DNA from: Chrysemys picta bellii
Lineage: Eukaryota
Direction of reading: 5' to 3'
NCBI RefSeq assembly: GCF_011386835.1
Contig: NC_088809.1
Span: forward strand, 10,540,001-10,604,000
Length of the DNA stretch: 64,000 bases
The notes beneath the pieces are model-generated. The model was not told where the DNA came from and did not search any database. It saw only the letters and a program-made list of their open reading frames with translations. Below, one piece after another: positions 1-11,945 of the stretch (the first letter of the stretch is position 1; each line of letters begins with the position of its first letter). A program made the position numbers and the translations under genes.

Positions 1-166
1 ATTAAGATATTAGTTATTGGTCATAAATCGAATTGTTATCATAATAAATATGGCATCTTTATCTTGTCCCCTTTAATAAGATCCTGCTAGTTTTTATTGG
101 TATAACAACTTATGGTATGTCTATACTACCCACTGAATCGGCAGGCAGTGATCGATCCAACGGGGA

Positions 167-848
167 ATATCTTATTGCCCTTATATAAATCCATGGTACG
201 CCCACATCTTGAATACTATGTACAGATGTGGTCTCCTCATCTCAAAAAAGATATACTGGCATTAGAAAAGGTTCAGAGAAGGGCAACTACAATTATTAGG
301 GGTTTGGAGAAGGTCCCATATGAGGAGAGATTAAAGAGCTAGGACTTTTCAGCTTGGAAAAGAGGAGACTAAGGGGGGATATGATAGAGGTATATTAAAT
401 CATGAGTGATGTGGAGAAAGTGAATAAAGAAAAGTTATTTATTTGTTCCCATAATATAAGAACTAGGGGCCACCAAATGAAATTAATGAGCGGCAGGTTT
501 AAAACAAATAAAAGGAAGTTGTTCTTCACACAGCGCACAGTCAGCCTGTGGAACTCCTTGCCTGAGGAGGTTGTAAAGGCTAGGACTATAACAGGGTATA
601 AAAGAGAACTGGATAAATTCATGGAGGTTAAGTCCATTAATGGCTATTAGCCAGGATGGGTAAGGAATGGTGTCCCTAGCCTCTGTTTGTCAGAGGATGG
701 AGATGGATGGCAGGAGAGAGATCACTTGATCACTGCCTGTTAGCTTCACTCCCTCTGGGGCACCTGGCATTGGCCACTGTCGGTAGACAGGATACTGGGC
801 TGAATGGACCTTTGATCTGACCCAGTATGGCCATTCTTATGTTCTTAT
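167..848 (+). mobile_element. CR1 LINE 3' fragment (end of RT, 3' UTR, TTCTTATG tail)
   Basis: Translates to [25 protein letters not shown]...KVQRRAT and [11 protein letters not shown]-type motifs; ends TTCTTATGTTCTTAT. Confidence 0.9.
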
Positions 849-850
849 CT

Positions 851-1920
851 AATGGGGTTGTGCCCAGTGGGGCCCCACAGGGATCTGTTCTCAACCAATT
901 ATCTGGAAGAAAATATAAAAACATTGTTGGTAAAATCTGCAGATTAGACAAAAATTGGTGGCATGGTAAACAACAATGGAAACAGGTCAGTCATACAGAA
1001 CAACCTGGATCGCTTGTGGCTCATTTGAACAACCTGCATTTCAATACAGCTAAATTCAAGGTCACACAACTAGAAACAAAGAATGCAGGTCAAACTTATA
1101 AGATGGGAGGAAGGAGGGGATTGTATCCTGGAAAGCAACAACTCTGAGAAGGATTTTGGGGTCATGGCAGACAACAAATTGAACCTGAGCTCCCAGTGAA
1201 ATCCCATAACAGAGAGTAAATGTGATCCTTGGATGTTTAAATAGGAGAAGGGCAGTAAAGTTACCTGGATATACACCATTTGCGACACCTTTAGTGGAAT
1301 ACTGTATCCACACTTCAAAACAGATGTTAAAAAAATTGCAAAGAATTCAGAAAAGAGCAACGAGAACACCGCAGTTTGGAAAAGATTCCTTACTGCAAAA
1401 GACTAAAAAAAAAAGCTCCGTCTATTTAATTTATCTAAGGGAAGATTCAATAGTGACTAGAACACAATCTATAAACAAGGAAGAGCTTTCTGATAGGAAT
1501 GGCTTTTTAAATTGGCAGAAGATGACAATGACAAATTCAGATTAAAAATAATAATACCTAATAGTGCTTTTCATCAGCAGATCTAAGAATGCTTTACAAC
1601 AGTCAGTAGCATTATCGTCATTTTACAAACAAGGAAATTGAAGCACGGAGGTGAAAAATAAGGCACAAGTTTTTAAGAATGAACATGATTAACCATTGGG
1701 ACAACTTACCCAGGGAGGTGGTGGATTCTTTGTCACTTGGAGTCTTTCAATCAAGACTGGATGGTTTTCTAAAAATATATGACATAACTCACACAAGAAG
1801 ATAGAGGCTCGACACAGAAATTATTGGGTGAGGTTCTATGATGTGTGTTATACAATAGATCAGATTAGATGATCAGAATAAGAAGTTTTAAGGCCTGAAG
1901 GAGCCAATCTATGAATTTAC
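851..1920 (+). mobile_element. Older degraded CR1 fragment with a small internal insertion (~1545-1655)
   Basis: PQGSVL remnant and KFRLKIRHKF-like continuity across the insertion; CR1-type 3' end. Confidence 0.65.
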
Positions 1921-3197
1921 ACTAGTTGAGGACATAGCTCATCATGTCTGAGCATTCTCTTCTAACTGTAATATTTAAATTTCACAAGTTCTGCAGTAGT
2001 TATAGCTTTCCTTCCTAATTAACTCCCCCTTGCACACACAAAATCAAAACTGGTTGTTTTTAGTCCAACATAGAAGAAATGAATTCATTTCCCCTGCCCC
2101 CCACCCCCAAAAAATTCAATTAACAGGATAATTTCCTGCTATGGAAATAGTGAAAGTTTCTATTTATTTGATTTCAATAGTAAAACCCCCCCAAACATAC
2201 CAAACAACCCCTCTTCCCCCACAATTAAGAACTTTGTTATTACACAGTAAACATTTTAAAAACAATACATTTTCCTTGATACAGATAATCAAGTAATATG
2301 TTAAATAGTCAGCTGATTCTAAATTACTTACTTACTAGAACATGTAATTTTGACAACACATAAAAAGGTTAAAGGCTTACATAAGGAACGGAATCAGATC
2401 GGCTTTTAAGAGGCTGACCCAGCAAGGCAACGAATGACCACATCTCCCACTGATACCAATGGAAGTGAGGGTACTTGGCATCGTACCAGGGCTGGGCCTT
2501 CAGCTGAGATTTTCAAAGGAACCTAAGGGAGTTAGGTGCCAAATTCAGGCAACCTCTGAAAAATTCCAGCCTTCATATCACTATGCCCTGGTGTAGCACT
2601 AATGGGTTTTGGGAGAGAGCTGAGTTCAGCTTCAATCTTATAAAGAGAATGTCTGATATAGGATCTTTGGGAGAGCAGATGGAGAAGACAGATGAGGTGT
2701 AAGTTACTCCAAAGGAACTAAAGATGAAGCACCGAGTTTGGGAGTGTTAGGATCTGGGCTTATGGTTTGGAACCTTCTCTACATAAGAGTTTAGAGCAGT
2801 AGGAAATAAAAGAAACTATTGTTCAAACCACTTCACCAAGATAAAATTACATAACCCTCAGAGAACCCATATGCGGTAGGCATTTACCCCCATTTTATAG
2901 ATGGGGAAATGAAGGTTCAGAGAAGTGTAGCAACTCGCACAGCTTGCCTTGTGCTTAGACTACACCCCATAACAATATGTACTATCCAAAACAGTATTTT
3001 CTTAGGAGCACTTAAAATGTCACATTACGAACACGCTGCCATTCACCATTGGTGCAACGACTTCTGCTTAGTAAAGTGATGGGTTTGGCCCACGCTTATG
3101 GTCCACTCCATTCTGACCGGTTAACCCCATGAATTGAGTGCACATATATTTTCACATCAGTAAGGAGGAACCTCCTTCCGGGAGGTCAGGATTGCCT

Positions 3198-3665
3198 TCA
3201 TTTACTCTTCTTTGGTCCGCTTCTCTGTTCAGGCCCTTCTGCCCTCTTCTTTCTCCAGTCACAGATCTCCGAGTAGCTACATGATTGGCACTTCCATGCT
3301 TCCTCAATTTCCACCCCCTGGACCTCCCTTTGTCCTTTCCAGTACGCAAGGTAGTTCTGTGCTTTCTCTCGCACCTTTTCTTCTTCAAACCGAACCACCT
3401 CCGTCCCGAGCAGGGTGTTACTTTCCTGGTGGCTGTATTCGATTTTCAAACAGTCAATGCTGGGGAGGTCTGAGAGTGTCAGGTTTAGATACATCAGTTC
3501 CAGGAGGTCCCCAAAGCAGGTTACCGTGAATCCTACTTTCTGAGCATGTTCCCTAATTTGCGATCCCAGTGGCTGCTCCGGCCTCAGCTGGATGTGACTG
3601 GTGATAACATCTGGTTTCAGTTGTCCTTGCACCATGGCATCAAAAATGTATTTATACAAACAGAC
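3198..3665 (-). CDS. EXO5: EXO5 terminal coding exon 5
   Basis: Acceptor CTGCTTTCAG|GTC TGT TTG; open to the stop ending at 3198; contains the C-terminal CxxCxxxxxC. Confidence 0.95.
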   Translation of the reverse strand, partial: VCLYKYIFDAMVQGQLKPDVITSHIQLRPEQPLGSQIREHAQKVGFTVTCFGDLLELMYLNLTLSDLPSIDCLKIEYSHQESNTLLGTEVVRFEEEKVREKAQNYLAYWKGQREVQGVEIEEAWKCQSCSYSEICDWRKKRAEGPEQRSGPKKSK

Positions 3666-6600
3666 CTGAAAGCAGTGGGGGAGGGGGGGGGGGGAAGGGG
3701 GAGATAATTTAATAGATGATCAAACAATAGTGCATTAAAGAATGCAACAAGCTGGGATGAACTCCCCTAGGCTATGTCTACACTGACAGCTAGGGGTGGG
3801 AATCCCAGCTTCAAAAGACATACTCCACTTTCACTCACCTGAGCTGGCATGCTAAGAATAGTAGTGTAACATAGGCAGGGGTGGCACAACCTAGCCGCCG
3901 CGAGTACGAACCCTTCAGGTTCAATCGGCTGCTGTCCATGCTCCACTAGTTTTAGCTCAGATGAGAGCAAGCGTGAGTGTGTCTGCACGAGCTGGGAATC
4001 ACACCCCGAGCGCAGAGTGTAGGCATAGCCTCAGACGTCATTGGCAACTCCAGCTCTAAACCATCACGCTACTCAGTGCAATACTTCCTTGAAAGCCAAG
4101 TGTATTATACGTAGAAATACCCATCTCCGTAAGGTTATAGATCACCTCCAAATAAATGAGTAGCCCAGGAAAATGTGGACGACTCACAGAACCACAGAGG
4201 AGCTAGTGATAAAAATGTACATGCAAATAACTTCTAGGTGTAAATAAAGTGTGTTCAAAATTGAGGAGAGAGTCTGACAGAATGAGACTTAATCAGCTTT
4301 AAAAGGTGGGGTTTTCACCACTGCCCTAACTCTAACTGGGAATCGGGCAGCCAAATAAATCCTTTAGGCAGCTTTGATGATACGCAGCTGAAAGCAGATC
4401 TCAAATTACATGAATAGGGTGCACTTGTAGTTAAAATAAACTAAATATTGCACAACCAATCCAAGTGCTGTGGGATTTGATGGCAATAGTTTAGTAGGTG
4501 ACATATGTCTCTGCAAGTCAGCATTGAACCAATCATCTGGGAGGCCATGGACAGCTGGAGTTCCATCTTTTGCGTGAGATGCTGACCCAGTGTCCTGACT
4601 TGTCTTTGAAGATCCTAGGACCTTCAAAGAGAAGGGTTGTTAACGCTGCTGCCTGGTCTGAATTCCAGTTTGGGTGGTTATACTCCACCTACATGGAGTT
4701 CCCCTTCTAGTTTCAACTGAATACTTCCTGTCCTAACCAGTTGTGTAACATGGTGGCTGTCTGTCAAACAGCGGTTCTCTTTCATTCCAGAGATGGCTGC
4801 AATTCACATATAATTCACACAATAATCTGTAGTATGTTTTTGGTATAAGAGGGACAATATAAATACATGGTCATTACATTACATAAGAACGGCCGTACTG
4901 GGTCAGATCAAAGGTCCGTCTAGCCCAGTATCCTATCTACCGACAGTGGCCAATGCCAGGTGCCCCAGAGGGAGTGAACCTAACAGGTAATGATCAAGTG
5001 ATCTCTCTCCTGCCATCCATCTCCACCTTCTGACAAACAGAGTCTAGGGACACCATTCCTTACCCATCCTGGCTAATAGCCATTAATGGACTTAACCTCC
5101 ATGAATTTATCCAGTTCTCTTTTAAACGCTGTTATAGTCCTAGCCTTCACAACCTCCTCAGGTAAGGAGTTCCACAAGTTGACTGTGCGCTGTGTGAAGA
5201 ACTTCCTTTTATTTGTTTTAAACCTGCCGCCCATTAATTTCATTTGGTGGCCCCTAGTTCTTATATTATGGGAACAAGTAAATAACTTTTCTTTATTCAC
5301 TTTCTCCACATCACTCATGATTTTATATACCTCTATCATATCCCCCCCTTAGTCTCCTCTTTTCCAAGCTGGAAAGTTCTAGCCTCTTTAATCTCTCCTC
5401 ATATGGAGGGGTTCCAAACCCCTAATCATTTTAGTTGCCCTTCTCTGAACCTTTTCTAATGCCAGTATATCTTTTTTTGAGATGAGGAGACCACATCTGT
5501 ATGCAGTATTCAAGATTTATATAAGGTCAATAATATATTCTCCTTCTTATTCTCTATCCCCTTTTTTAATGATTCCTAACATCCTGTTTGCTTTTTTGAC
5601 CGCCTCTGCACACTGCGTGGACATCTTCAGAGAACTATCCATGATGACTCCAAGATCTTTTCCTGATTTGTTGTAGCTAAATTAGCCCCCATCATATTGT
5701 ATGTATAGTTGGGGTTATTTTTTCCAATGTGCATTACTTTATATTTATCCACATTAAATGTCATTTGCCATTTTATTGCCCAATCACTTAGTTTTGTGAG
5801 ATCTTTTTGAAGTTCTTCACAGTCTGCTTTGGTCTTAACTATCTTGAGCAGTTTAGTATCATCTGCAAACTTTGCCACCTCAGTTTTTACCCCTTTCTCC
5901 AGATCATTTATGAATAAGTTGAATAGGATTGGTCCTAGGACTGACCCTTGGGGGTCATTACACTACTTCTTTAGTAATGTTAGTCTAATACCCATCAGTT
6001 GCTTGTTTTCTGAGCAAATATTTGTCTATGGATTTGAACATATTTTACCAATATTTTGAACATATTTGTCTATGCATTTGAGCATATTTTACCCACCTGG
6101 AAATAATCTTTCTTTTTCTGTGCTCTAGAAGGCATAAAAGGTCGGCCTCGAGTTTTTAGCTCTCTCAGCTCCAGCTCTCCCTTGGCACTATAGCACAGTT
6201 CATCAATAATTCCCGTCAGGAAGACATCTTCTATTACTCCAAACACTGGAAGCTCCCGCACGCAACCACCTGGAATACAAAATGGGATACCCATACATTT
6301 TATGAGGCTCGCATGGCTTTTGAATAAAGACTTAAGTAACACTGCAAATTTCTTGGAATTGTAGTATTGATGCATTTTAAGAATTTGCATTTAGACACTG
6401 GATTAAGAGAATGCTTGCATTTCTCCCCAAGTAGTTTCAGTTTTAATAATCTAAGGTGGTTATTAGAAATTCAGGTAAGGGAGTTTAAAATACATATTTT
6501 TGTCTTAACGATCTCTAATTGTTATCATCCTTTCAAGCTAGCACAAAGATCACAACACATTTTTATATATGAACACACTCACTCTCTCTCAGACACCACA

Positions 6601-8491
6601 CAAACACAGAGTAAAATGAAGATAAAAAAAAATTATGACAATACCTTTTGCCTGCCTACATACCTGCTTGTAGAACTGGAATCACGGAAAGAAGATTCAG
6701 TATTTTTATTGCCCAAGAATCTTCCTGGCTGGTCGTATGTACTTTCACTACATCATGGACTTCTAGTTCTGATTTCAAAAAGAGATAAAACGATTATTAA
6801 TTTTCATCACAGTCCTGCCTTGAGGCTGCAACTGAGCTCTGGGTCCCATTGTGCAAGGCACCACGGAGCATGGTAAAAAAGCTTCAGTGTAAATAAACAA
6901 GATAGACAACAGGTGGGAGGGGAATCGGCACAGAGAGGAGTCCCCAAGGGTACTCAACAGATCAGTTGGAGAGCCAGGAAGAGAAGAACCCATGTCTCCT
7001 GATCCCCAGTCCAGTGCCCTTTCTGTGAAAATGTTAGAAAACGGTATAAATTTAGGCCTCTTTCCTTGACCCTGGTGCAATACATCAATCCACTGAGGAT
7101 TACAAGGAACATTTTCTTTTTTCCAGGGATACCCATAAGTTAAATTTAGTCCAGAAGCGGGCATAGTAGGATAGTTAAAGCAGTGTGTTATACTGCTCTT
7201 TAATACAAGTATATGCTTTTGGAAGGCTCTTATGAGACTAGAAGGTGAAACTCGGCTTGCAGATAATACCTGTGCATCCCTGCTGACATCAATAGGGTCA
7301 TACAGGTGTAGCTGTGGGTAGAATTTGACCCACCGTATTAACAAATTCATTTACTTGTAACAAATATTAAAGACTTCCAAAATCTTTGCAGAAAACTGAA
7401 TGAAACAACGCACTGTGTAATAAAAGAGGCAGAAGAAGCCGGAGAGAAAGAAAACAACATGGAAGTTTTTACTGCAACATCTTGGTAGTGTTACCTCTTG
7501 CTAGATGTATGCTCTTCCCTGTGTTTAATAACACGACTGTCTCTGGCGCCTGCAGCTGGGGGACTTCCCTCCCATAAACCATTTGTTGTTCGCACCAACT
7601 CTGAGTGGACAGATCAGTCACGCAAAGGTACTTCAGGTAATATTTTTCCAGGGGAGTCTGCGCTCTCTTTCTTTTCACCTTCCCGGCTGCACTGTCTTCC
7701 GTCAACACCTTATTTAAGGATGCCAGAGGCAGGTCACTTGAGGAGTTTGCCTTTCCAGCGTCTCTATAATGAAATACATTAATTGTTTCCCCCCCTTCTA
7801 AAGTCCTTTATAAATACAATTGTTTTGCCATTTGCACAGTAAGTTTAGCCCGCAAAGCCACTAGCACAAAGATGAAACAGTAAATTGATGAGCAGTATCA
7901 CTCTCTCTTTAAAGCCTGTGCCAAGTTAGGAACACTCTGGTACAGCCCCAGTGAAGAGCAGTCATTTAGTTTCAGGGAGCCAGATTAGGGCAAGTTCGGA
8001 CAAGTTTCACACCCTGCCATGGGAATGTCCTGCTCAAGTCTCCCTGAGTTAGGAATCTAGAGGCTGGGAGCAGGGAACAATTGCGGGGATGGAGATTTGA
8101 TCTTCAGGACTCCTTGGGGTTCGCTGCCCCCTGCCTCCGGGAGCGAAGGGGGTACGGGACCCCACCCTGCTTTGGAAAGCACCCAGGATGCACCCCGATT
8201 TGGGGGCTGCTCCCCAGAGGTGCAGCTCGTCTAGGAGCAGCCAAAAAAGCCCCCCCGGGGGTTACCGGGGAAGACCATTGCCGGCTGGAGTCGGGCTGCA
8301 GCCTGGGGGGGCGAGCTCAGGGCGCTGCCGCCCCTGTAGGCTGTGGGGGGCGTTTTACAGGCGAACCCCGAAGCCTGGGGAGAGGCGGGCAGCGCTTACC
8401 CCGGCTGCAGCGCCTGGTCCCCCGGCTCCTCCAGCAGCAGCAGCAGCTCGGAGTCGCTGAGCTCGCCAAGCTCGGAGCCCGGCCCCGCCAT
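3198..8491 (-). CDS. EXO5: Exonuclease V (EXO5/DEM1 family, Fe-S 5' exonuclease), 5 coding exons, 1107 nt, 368 aa
   Basis: Manual splicing of five GT-AG bounded exons (92+269+105+173+468 nt) keeps the frame. The protein matches human EXO5 motifs: [65 protein letters not shown]. One N-terminal and three C-terminal Fe-S cysteines are present. Confidence 0.96.
3770..4030. mobile_element. PIF/Harbinger-type MITE in EXO5 intron 4
   Basis: Imperfect TIRs GGCTATGTCTACACT / AGTGTAGGCATAGCC; 3-bp flanks CTA/TCA. Confidence 0.7.
4405..4875 (+). mobile_element. AmnSINE1 (5S-headed, Deu-domain ancient SINE) in EXO5 intron 4
   Basis: Colinear similarity to the remembered AmnSINE1 consensus: AGTAGGTGACA...AGTCAGCATTGAACCAAT...CTTCCTGTCCTAAC...CCAGAGATGGCTGCA...AATATAAAT. 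Confidence 0.7.
4881..5953 (-). mobile_element. CR1 LINE 3' fragment, same subfamily as 167-848, with an internal deletion near 5515
   Basis: RT motif KFADDTKL; [20 protein letters not shown] shared with 167-848; tail ACATAAGAAC. Confidence 0.92.
6097..6269 (-). CDS. EXO5: EXO5 coding exon 4 (nuclease active-site motifs)
   Basis: Acceptor TTTGTATTCCAG|, donor CAG|GTGGGT; encodes [57 protein letters not shown]. Confidence 0.94.
6664..6768 (-). CDS. EXO5: EXO5 coding exon 3 (absent from the ORF track)
   Basis: Acceptor TCTTTTTGAAATCAG|, donor CAG|GTATGT; encodes [35 protein letters not shown], matching human [28 protein letters not shown]. Confidence 0.93.
7495..7763 (-). CDS. EXO5: EXO5 coding exon 2
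   Basis: Acceptor TTTCATTATAG|A, donor AG|GTAACA; encodes [25 protein letters not shown]...GKSIHLAR. Confidence 0.93.
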
Positions 8492-8740
8492 GGACGCTTG
8501 AATCGCAGTCTCTGCTCCGCCTCCCCCGGCGCGCCGGAGCGAGCACAGCTCGGAGGAGGGGCAGGTCTCCAGTCTCCACCCCGTCCCCTCCCATCGGGTT
8601 CTCCTGCCTCCTCTAGTCCCGTCCCTGCCCCTGCCTCGCCTCTGCGCTCCCCTCCCTTAGCACCCAGCGCAGCAGAGACGGCAGAAATGGGCACGACTAA
8701 GGACCAGTAGTGGAGCCACGGGGCAGCCCCCAACCCTCCC
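8080..8740. promoter_or_regulatory. CpG island / EXO5 promoter and first exon
   Basis: Very GC- and CpG-rich stretch spanning the EXO5 ATG, in a CpG-depleted background. Confidence 0.8.
8400..8491 (-). CDS. EXO5: EXO5 coding exon 1 ([30 protein letters not shown])
   Basis: ATG at 8491 inside the CpG island; donor GG|GTAAGC; similar to human SDLSDSEFLEFL; phase 2 fits exon 2. Confidence 0.85.
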
Positions 8741-8965
8741 TGAGAAGCCCAGCGCCAGCCCAGGCATTCTGCATGGTCTCCTCCCCCGACAGAGGCTTCT
8801 GGCTCTTTTACTCTTCACTTTCAGCTCGTCCAGCCCCTGTCAGTGAATGGCAAGGCAGGGTATAGGCCCTGGCCACAGGCTCTATTTGATAATAAACTGA
8901 TAGCCCCCATTTAGCAAATCCAGTTCTGCCTTCCTCGTGCAGCCTCGCCAACTCCCCTGCCTGTC

Positions 8966-9058
8966 CATGCATCCGACGAAGTGGTAACACCCACAAAAGC
9001 TCATGCTCCAATACGTCTGTTAGTCTATAAGGTGCCACAGGACGCTTTGTCGCTTTTT
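8966..9058 (+). mobile_element. Truncated Penelope-like terminal repeat with degenerate hammerhead (8969-9006)
   Basis: GCAT CCGACGA A GTGGTAACACCCAC AAAAGCTC ATGC...GTTAGTCTATAAGGTGCCACAG, homologous to 33021-33099. Confidence 0.7.
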
Positions 9059-9443
9059 GCGATCCTGGCAGTATTTGATGTCTTCCGTAAAGCCCCAGCT
9101 CCCGGATTTACGTCGAGGGTCCTGCACATCTGCTTTATAGCCACGGACCCATTTTGGGGGATCGCGGCTATAAAAGTTGTATCCACGCAGGGCTCGAGTC
9201 ATGTGAATACATGAGGGTTTCATCTTTCATTAAAAAAAAGTTTCTAGCAGAAAAAAGCTTGAAAATGTGATCTAAGTGTATCCTCAAGATTTAGAAAGCA
9301 GAAGTCAAAACAATATAGTTGGGGTTCAACTCCTTTGTTTTAAAAACTCGTGATTTTGTAAGCCAATCTCGTGATATTTTGTAGCCTGACATGAGTTTTA
9401 ACATCCTTCTAATACCATGTGATTTTTATGGGGTGCATGCACC

Positions 9444-9703
9444 TAGAGGTGAAAGTAAGCCGGTACGGTCCCAGGCCCTTTAATTTGCCCCTGAGCCCCA
9501 GGGGCTCCCAGCCACCTCTGCAGCTGAGAGTCCCAGGTTGATTTAAAGGCCCTGGGGCTCCCAGCCACAGCCGGTGCCCCAGGGCCTTTAAATCTTGAGA
9601 GGCCCCACCTCTTCTGGTTGAGGCCACGCCTCTTCCAGATGAGGCCACACACCCCCAGGACTCCAGCAGTACCCGTAAATCCTGTAAGTTACTTTCACCC
9701 CTG
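9444..9703. mobile_element. Non-autonomous hAT element
   Basis: TIRs TAGAGGTGAAAGTAA / TTACTTTCACCCCTG; 8-bp flanks CATGCACC / CACACACC, both derivable from CACGCACC by CpG decay. Confidence 0.8.
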
Positions 9704-11061
9704 CACACACCTTTTCTGTGCTTTGTTCCTGCCCTTGGTTGTAAATCAACATTTTCTCAGCACAGCTCTGAGAATAGGAAGTGTTACTTTAGGTGTTTTT
9801 CACCGTTGATTATGCTAGGGCTGTCAGGTTAAAGCAGGAGCTCCTGGCTGCATGAGTCTCAAGGGTAGCAATGTCATGACACAGCAAAGCCAGATGAAGC
9901 TGCGTCAGATGAAAGGTTTATCCGGAGGGATGGCTGCATCTAGGGAATTAGAGGGTGAGTCAGTCATACTCAGGTGTCTGCGGCTTAATGCTGGAAACTT
10001 GACAGAGCTGACACGCTGAATGTATTTGTTCAAAGTCACGCTGGAAAGAATACCATTAGGCTAAGTCTTTAAAAGCCTTGACCCCCAGCTCACATAAACA
10101 CAGACCAGTTTCACACCTCCCTTCTTGTTCTGCTATCTCCTTGCCTCTAATGCTGGTATGTAATGCCATTTCTTCGCATGACAGAGCCTTACATATGACT
10201 CCTTCAAACTTGGCTTCTGTTTTCTAAGCTCTTCCTGCACGGATGTTATAACCTATTCATGGGTCTGCTGGTGAGGACTGAAACTGAGTTATTAAAAAAT
10301 GGATTTAAACTTGTTTCCCCTGCATAATTTTCCATGTCTGTTGCAGCAATAGGAGAAGGTCTTCAAAGGCAAAGGAGGAGCATGGCAGCTTTACAAACAC
10401 AGACAGGAATGCCTGATAGCGCTTTCTCTTAGACCTTGTCTGACAAGGGTTCTGTAATCTTTAACAAATGCTATACTCTTCTGCCTTCCCAGAGCCATTG
10501 GCTGTCAACATTCATATGAGAAACTTAAATCTCTCTAAATTAAGTCAGATTGAGTTGGGTATGCTAGAGGAGAAAGTATTATCTTCCGTCTACTAATTCT
10601 AATAACAAAAGAACTTCCTGGGAGAAAGTTACGAGATACAATGGGTACCTGGCAGAATCTGGTTGCTACACTGCAATAGATCATGTGCTTACTTGAAATA
10701 AGTTACGCAAAATAAATGACTCCAGACAAGTTACGGAATGACCGATGAGCATGTCTGATCCTGACACTATCATTTGCCTAAAGGACCGGTAAACAAGAAG
10801 CAAAGCATGGCAACCCCTCATTGCTAAGCACCGTTCTAAATAGATGGTCAAACATTCTTTGCATCAGCTCTTCAAAGCAAGCCTGAGGTGTGCTTTATCA
10901 AAGACAGGCTAGATGCAGACAGTGTTAGTTTAATGAAATCATGGATTTTTAAGGCCAGAGTCATCGAATCTGACCTCCGGTATAAAAGCTCACCCAGTAA
11001 TTTATGGCTTAAGCCATAACTTCTGTTTGGGTTAGAGTATCTCTTTTAGAAAGGCATCCAA

Positions 11062-11327
11062 GCCAGGTCTACACTACACATCAACATCACTATAACTATG
11101 TGGCTCAGGGGTATGAAAATCCCGAGCGATGCAGTTATAGTGACCTAAGCCCCAGTGTAGCTAGCGCTAGGTTGATGGGAGAACTTCTGCCGTTGACATA
11201 GCCACCACCACTTCTCACGGAGGTGGATTAACTATGCTGATGGGAGACACTCTCCTGTCAGTGTAGTAACTTCTTCACTAACGTGCTGCATTTCTGCCAC
11301 TGCAACTTTTTAAGAGTAGACCTGCCC
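11062..11327. mobile_element. PIF/Harbinger-type MITE
   Basis: Ends GCCAGGTCTACACT / AGAGTAGACCTGCC. Confidence 0.6.
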
Positions 11328-11516
11328 CCAGTCTTGATTGAAAAACTTCAAGTGATGGAGAATCCACCTCCCCCCTTGCAAAGTTGTTCTGATGGTTAAT
11401 TACCTTCACTGGTGAAAAAAATGGTACCTTATTTCTCATCAGATTTTTTCTAGTCTCAGCTTTTTACCATTGGACCTCATTCTGATTTTTACTGCTAGAT
11501 CAAAGAGCCATTACTA

Positions 11517-11945
11517 TCATAGAATCATAGAACTGGAAGGGACTTCGAGAGGCCATCTAGTCCAGTCCCCTGAACTCAAGGTAGGACTAAGTATTATCTA
11601 GACCATCCCTGACAGGTGTTTGTCCAACCTGCTCTTAAAAATCCCCAATGATGGAGATTCCACAACATCCCTAGGCAATTTATTCCAGTGCTTAACCACT
11701 GTGGGAGTGAGGAAGTTTTTCTTAATGTCCAATCAAAACCCACCCTTGCTGCAATTTAAGCCCATTGCTTCTTGTCCTATCCTCAGAGGTTAAGAAAAAC
11801 AATTTTTCTCCTTCCTCCTTGTAACAACCTTTTATGTACTTGAAAACTGTTATCATGTCCCCTCTTAGTCTTCTCTTCTCCAAACTAAACAGACCCAATT
11901 TTTTTACTCTTCCCTCATACGTCCTATTTTCTAGATCTTTAATCA
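11517..11945 (-). mobile_element. CR1 LINE 3' end
   Basis: Tail TCATAGAATCATAGAA (TTCTATGA repeats on minus); translates to [24 protein letters not shown]...TRSNGLKLQQG. Confidence 0.9.

Noticed and set aside
6367-6876. 169-aa plus-strand ORF
   Set aside because: Antisense to EXO5 exon 3 and introns, low-complexity, with no motifs.
6775-7350. 191-aa minus-strand ORF in EXO5 intron 2
   Set aside because: No recognisable homology; it runs through SINE/L2-like repeat sequence and is not needed for the EXO5 frame.
8081-8733. Long GC-rich ORFs (209 aa plus, 138 aa minus)
   Set aside because: These are by-products of the stop-poor CpG island; the true EXO5 exon 1 is in another frame.
9133-9176. 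Hairpin with outward-facing TATA-like boxes upstream of EXO5
   Set aside because: It appears to lie inside a small nested MITE and is too far from the CpG island for core-promoter spacing.
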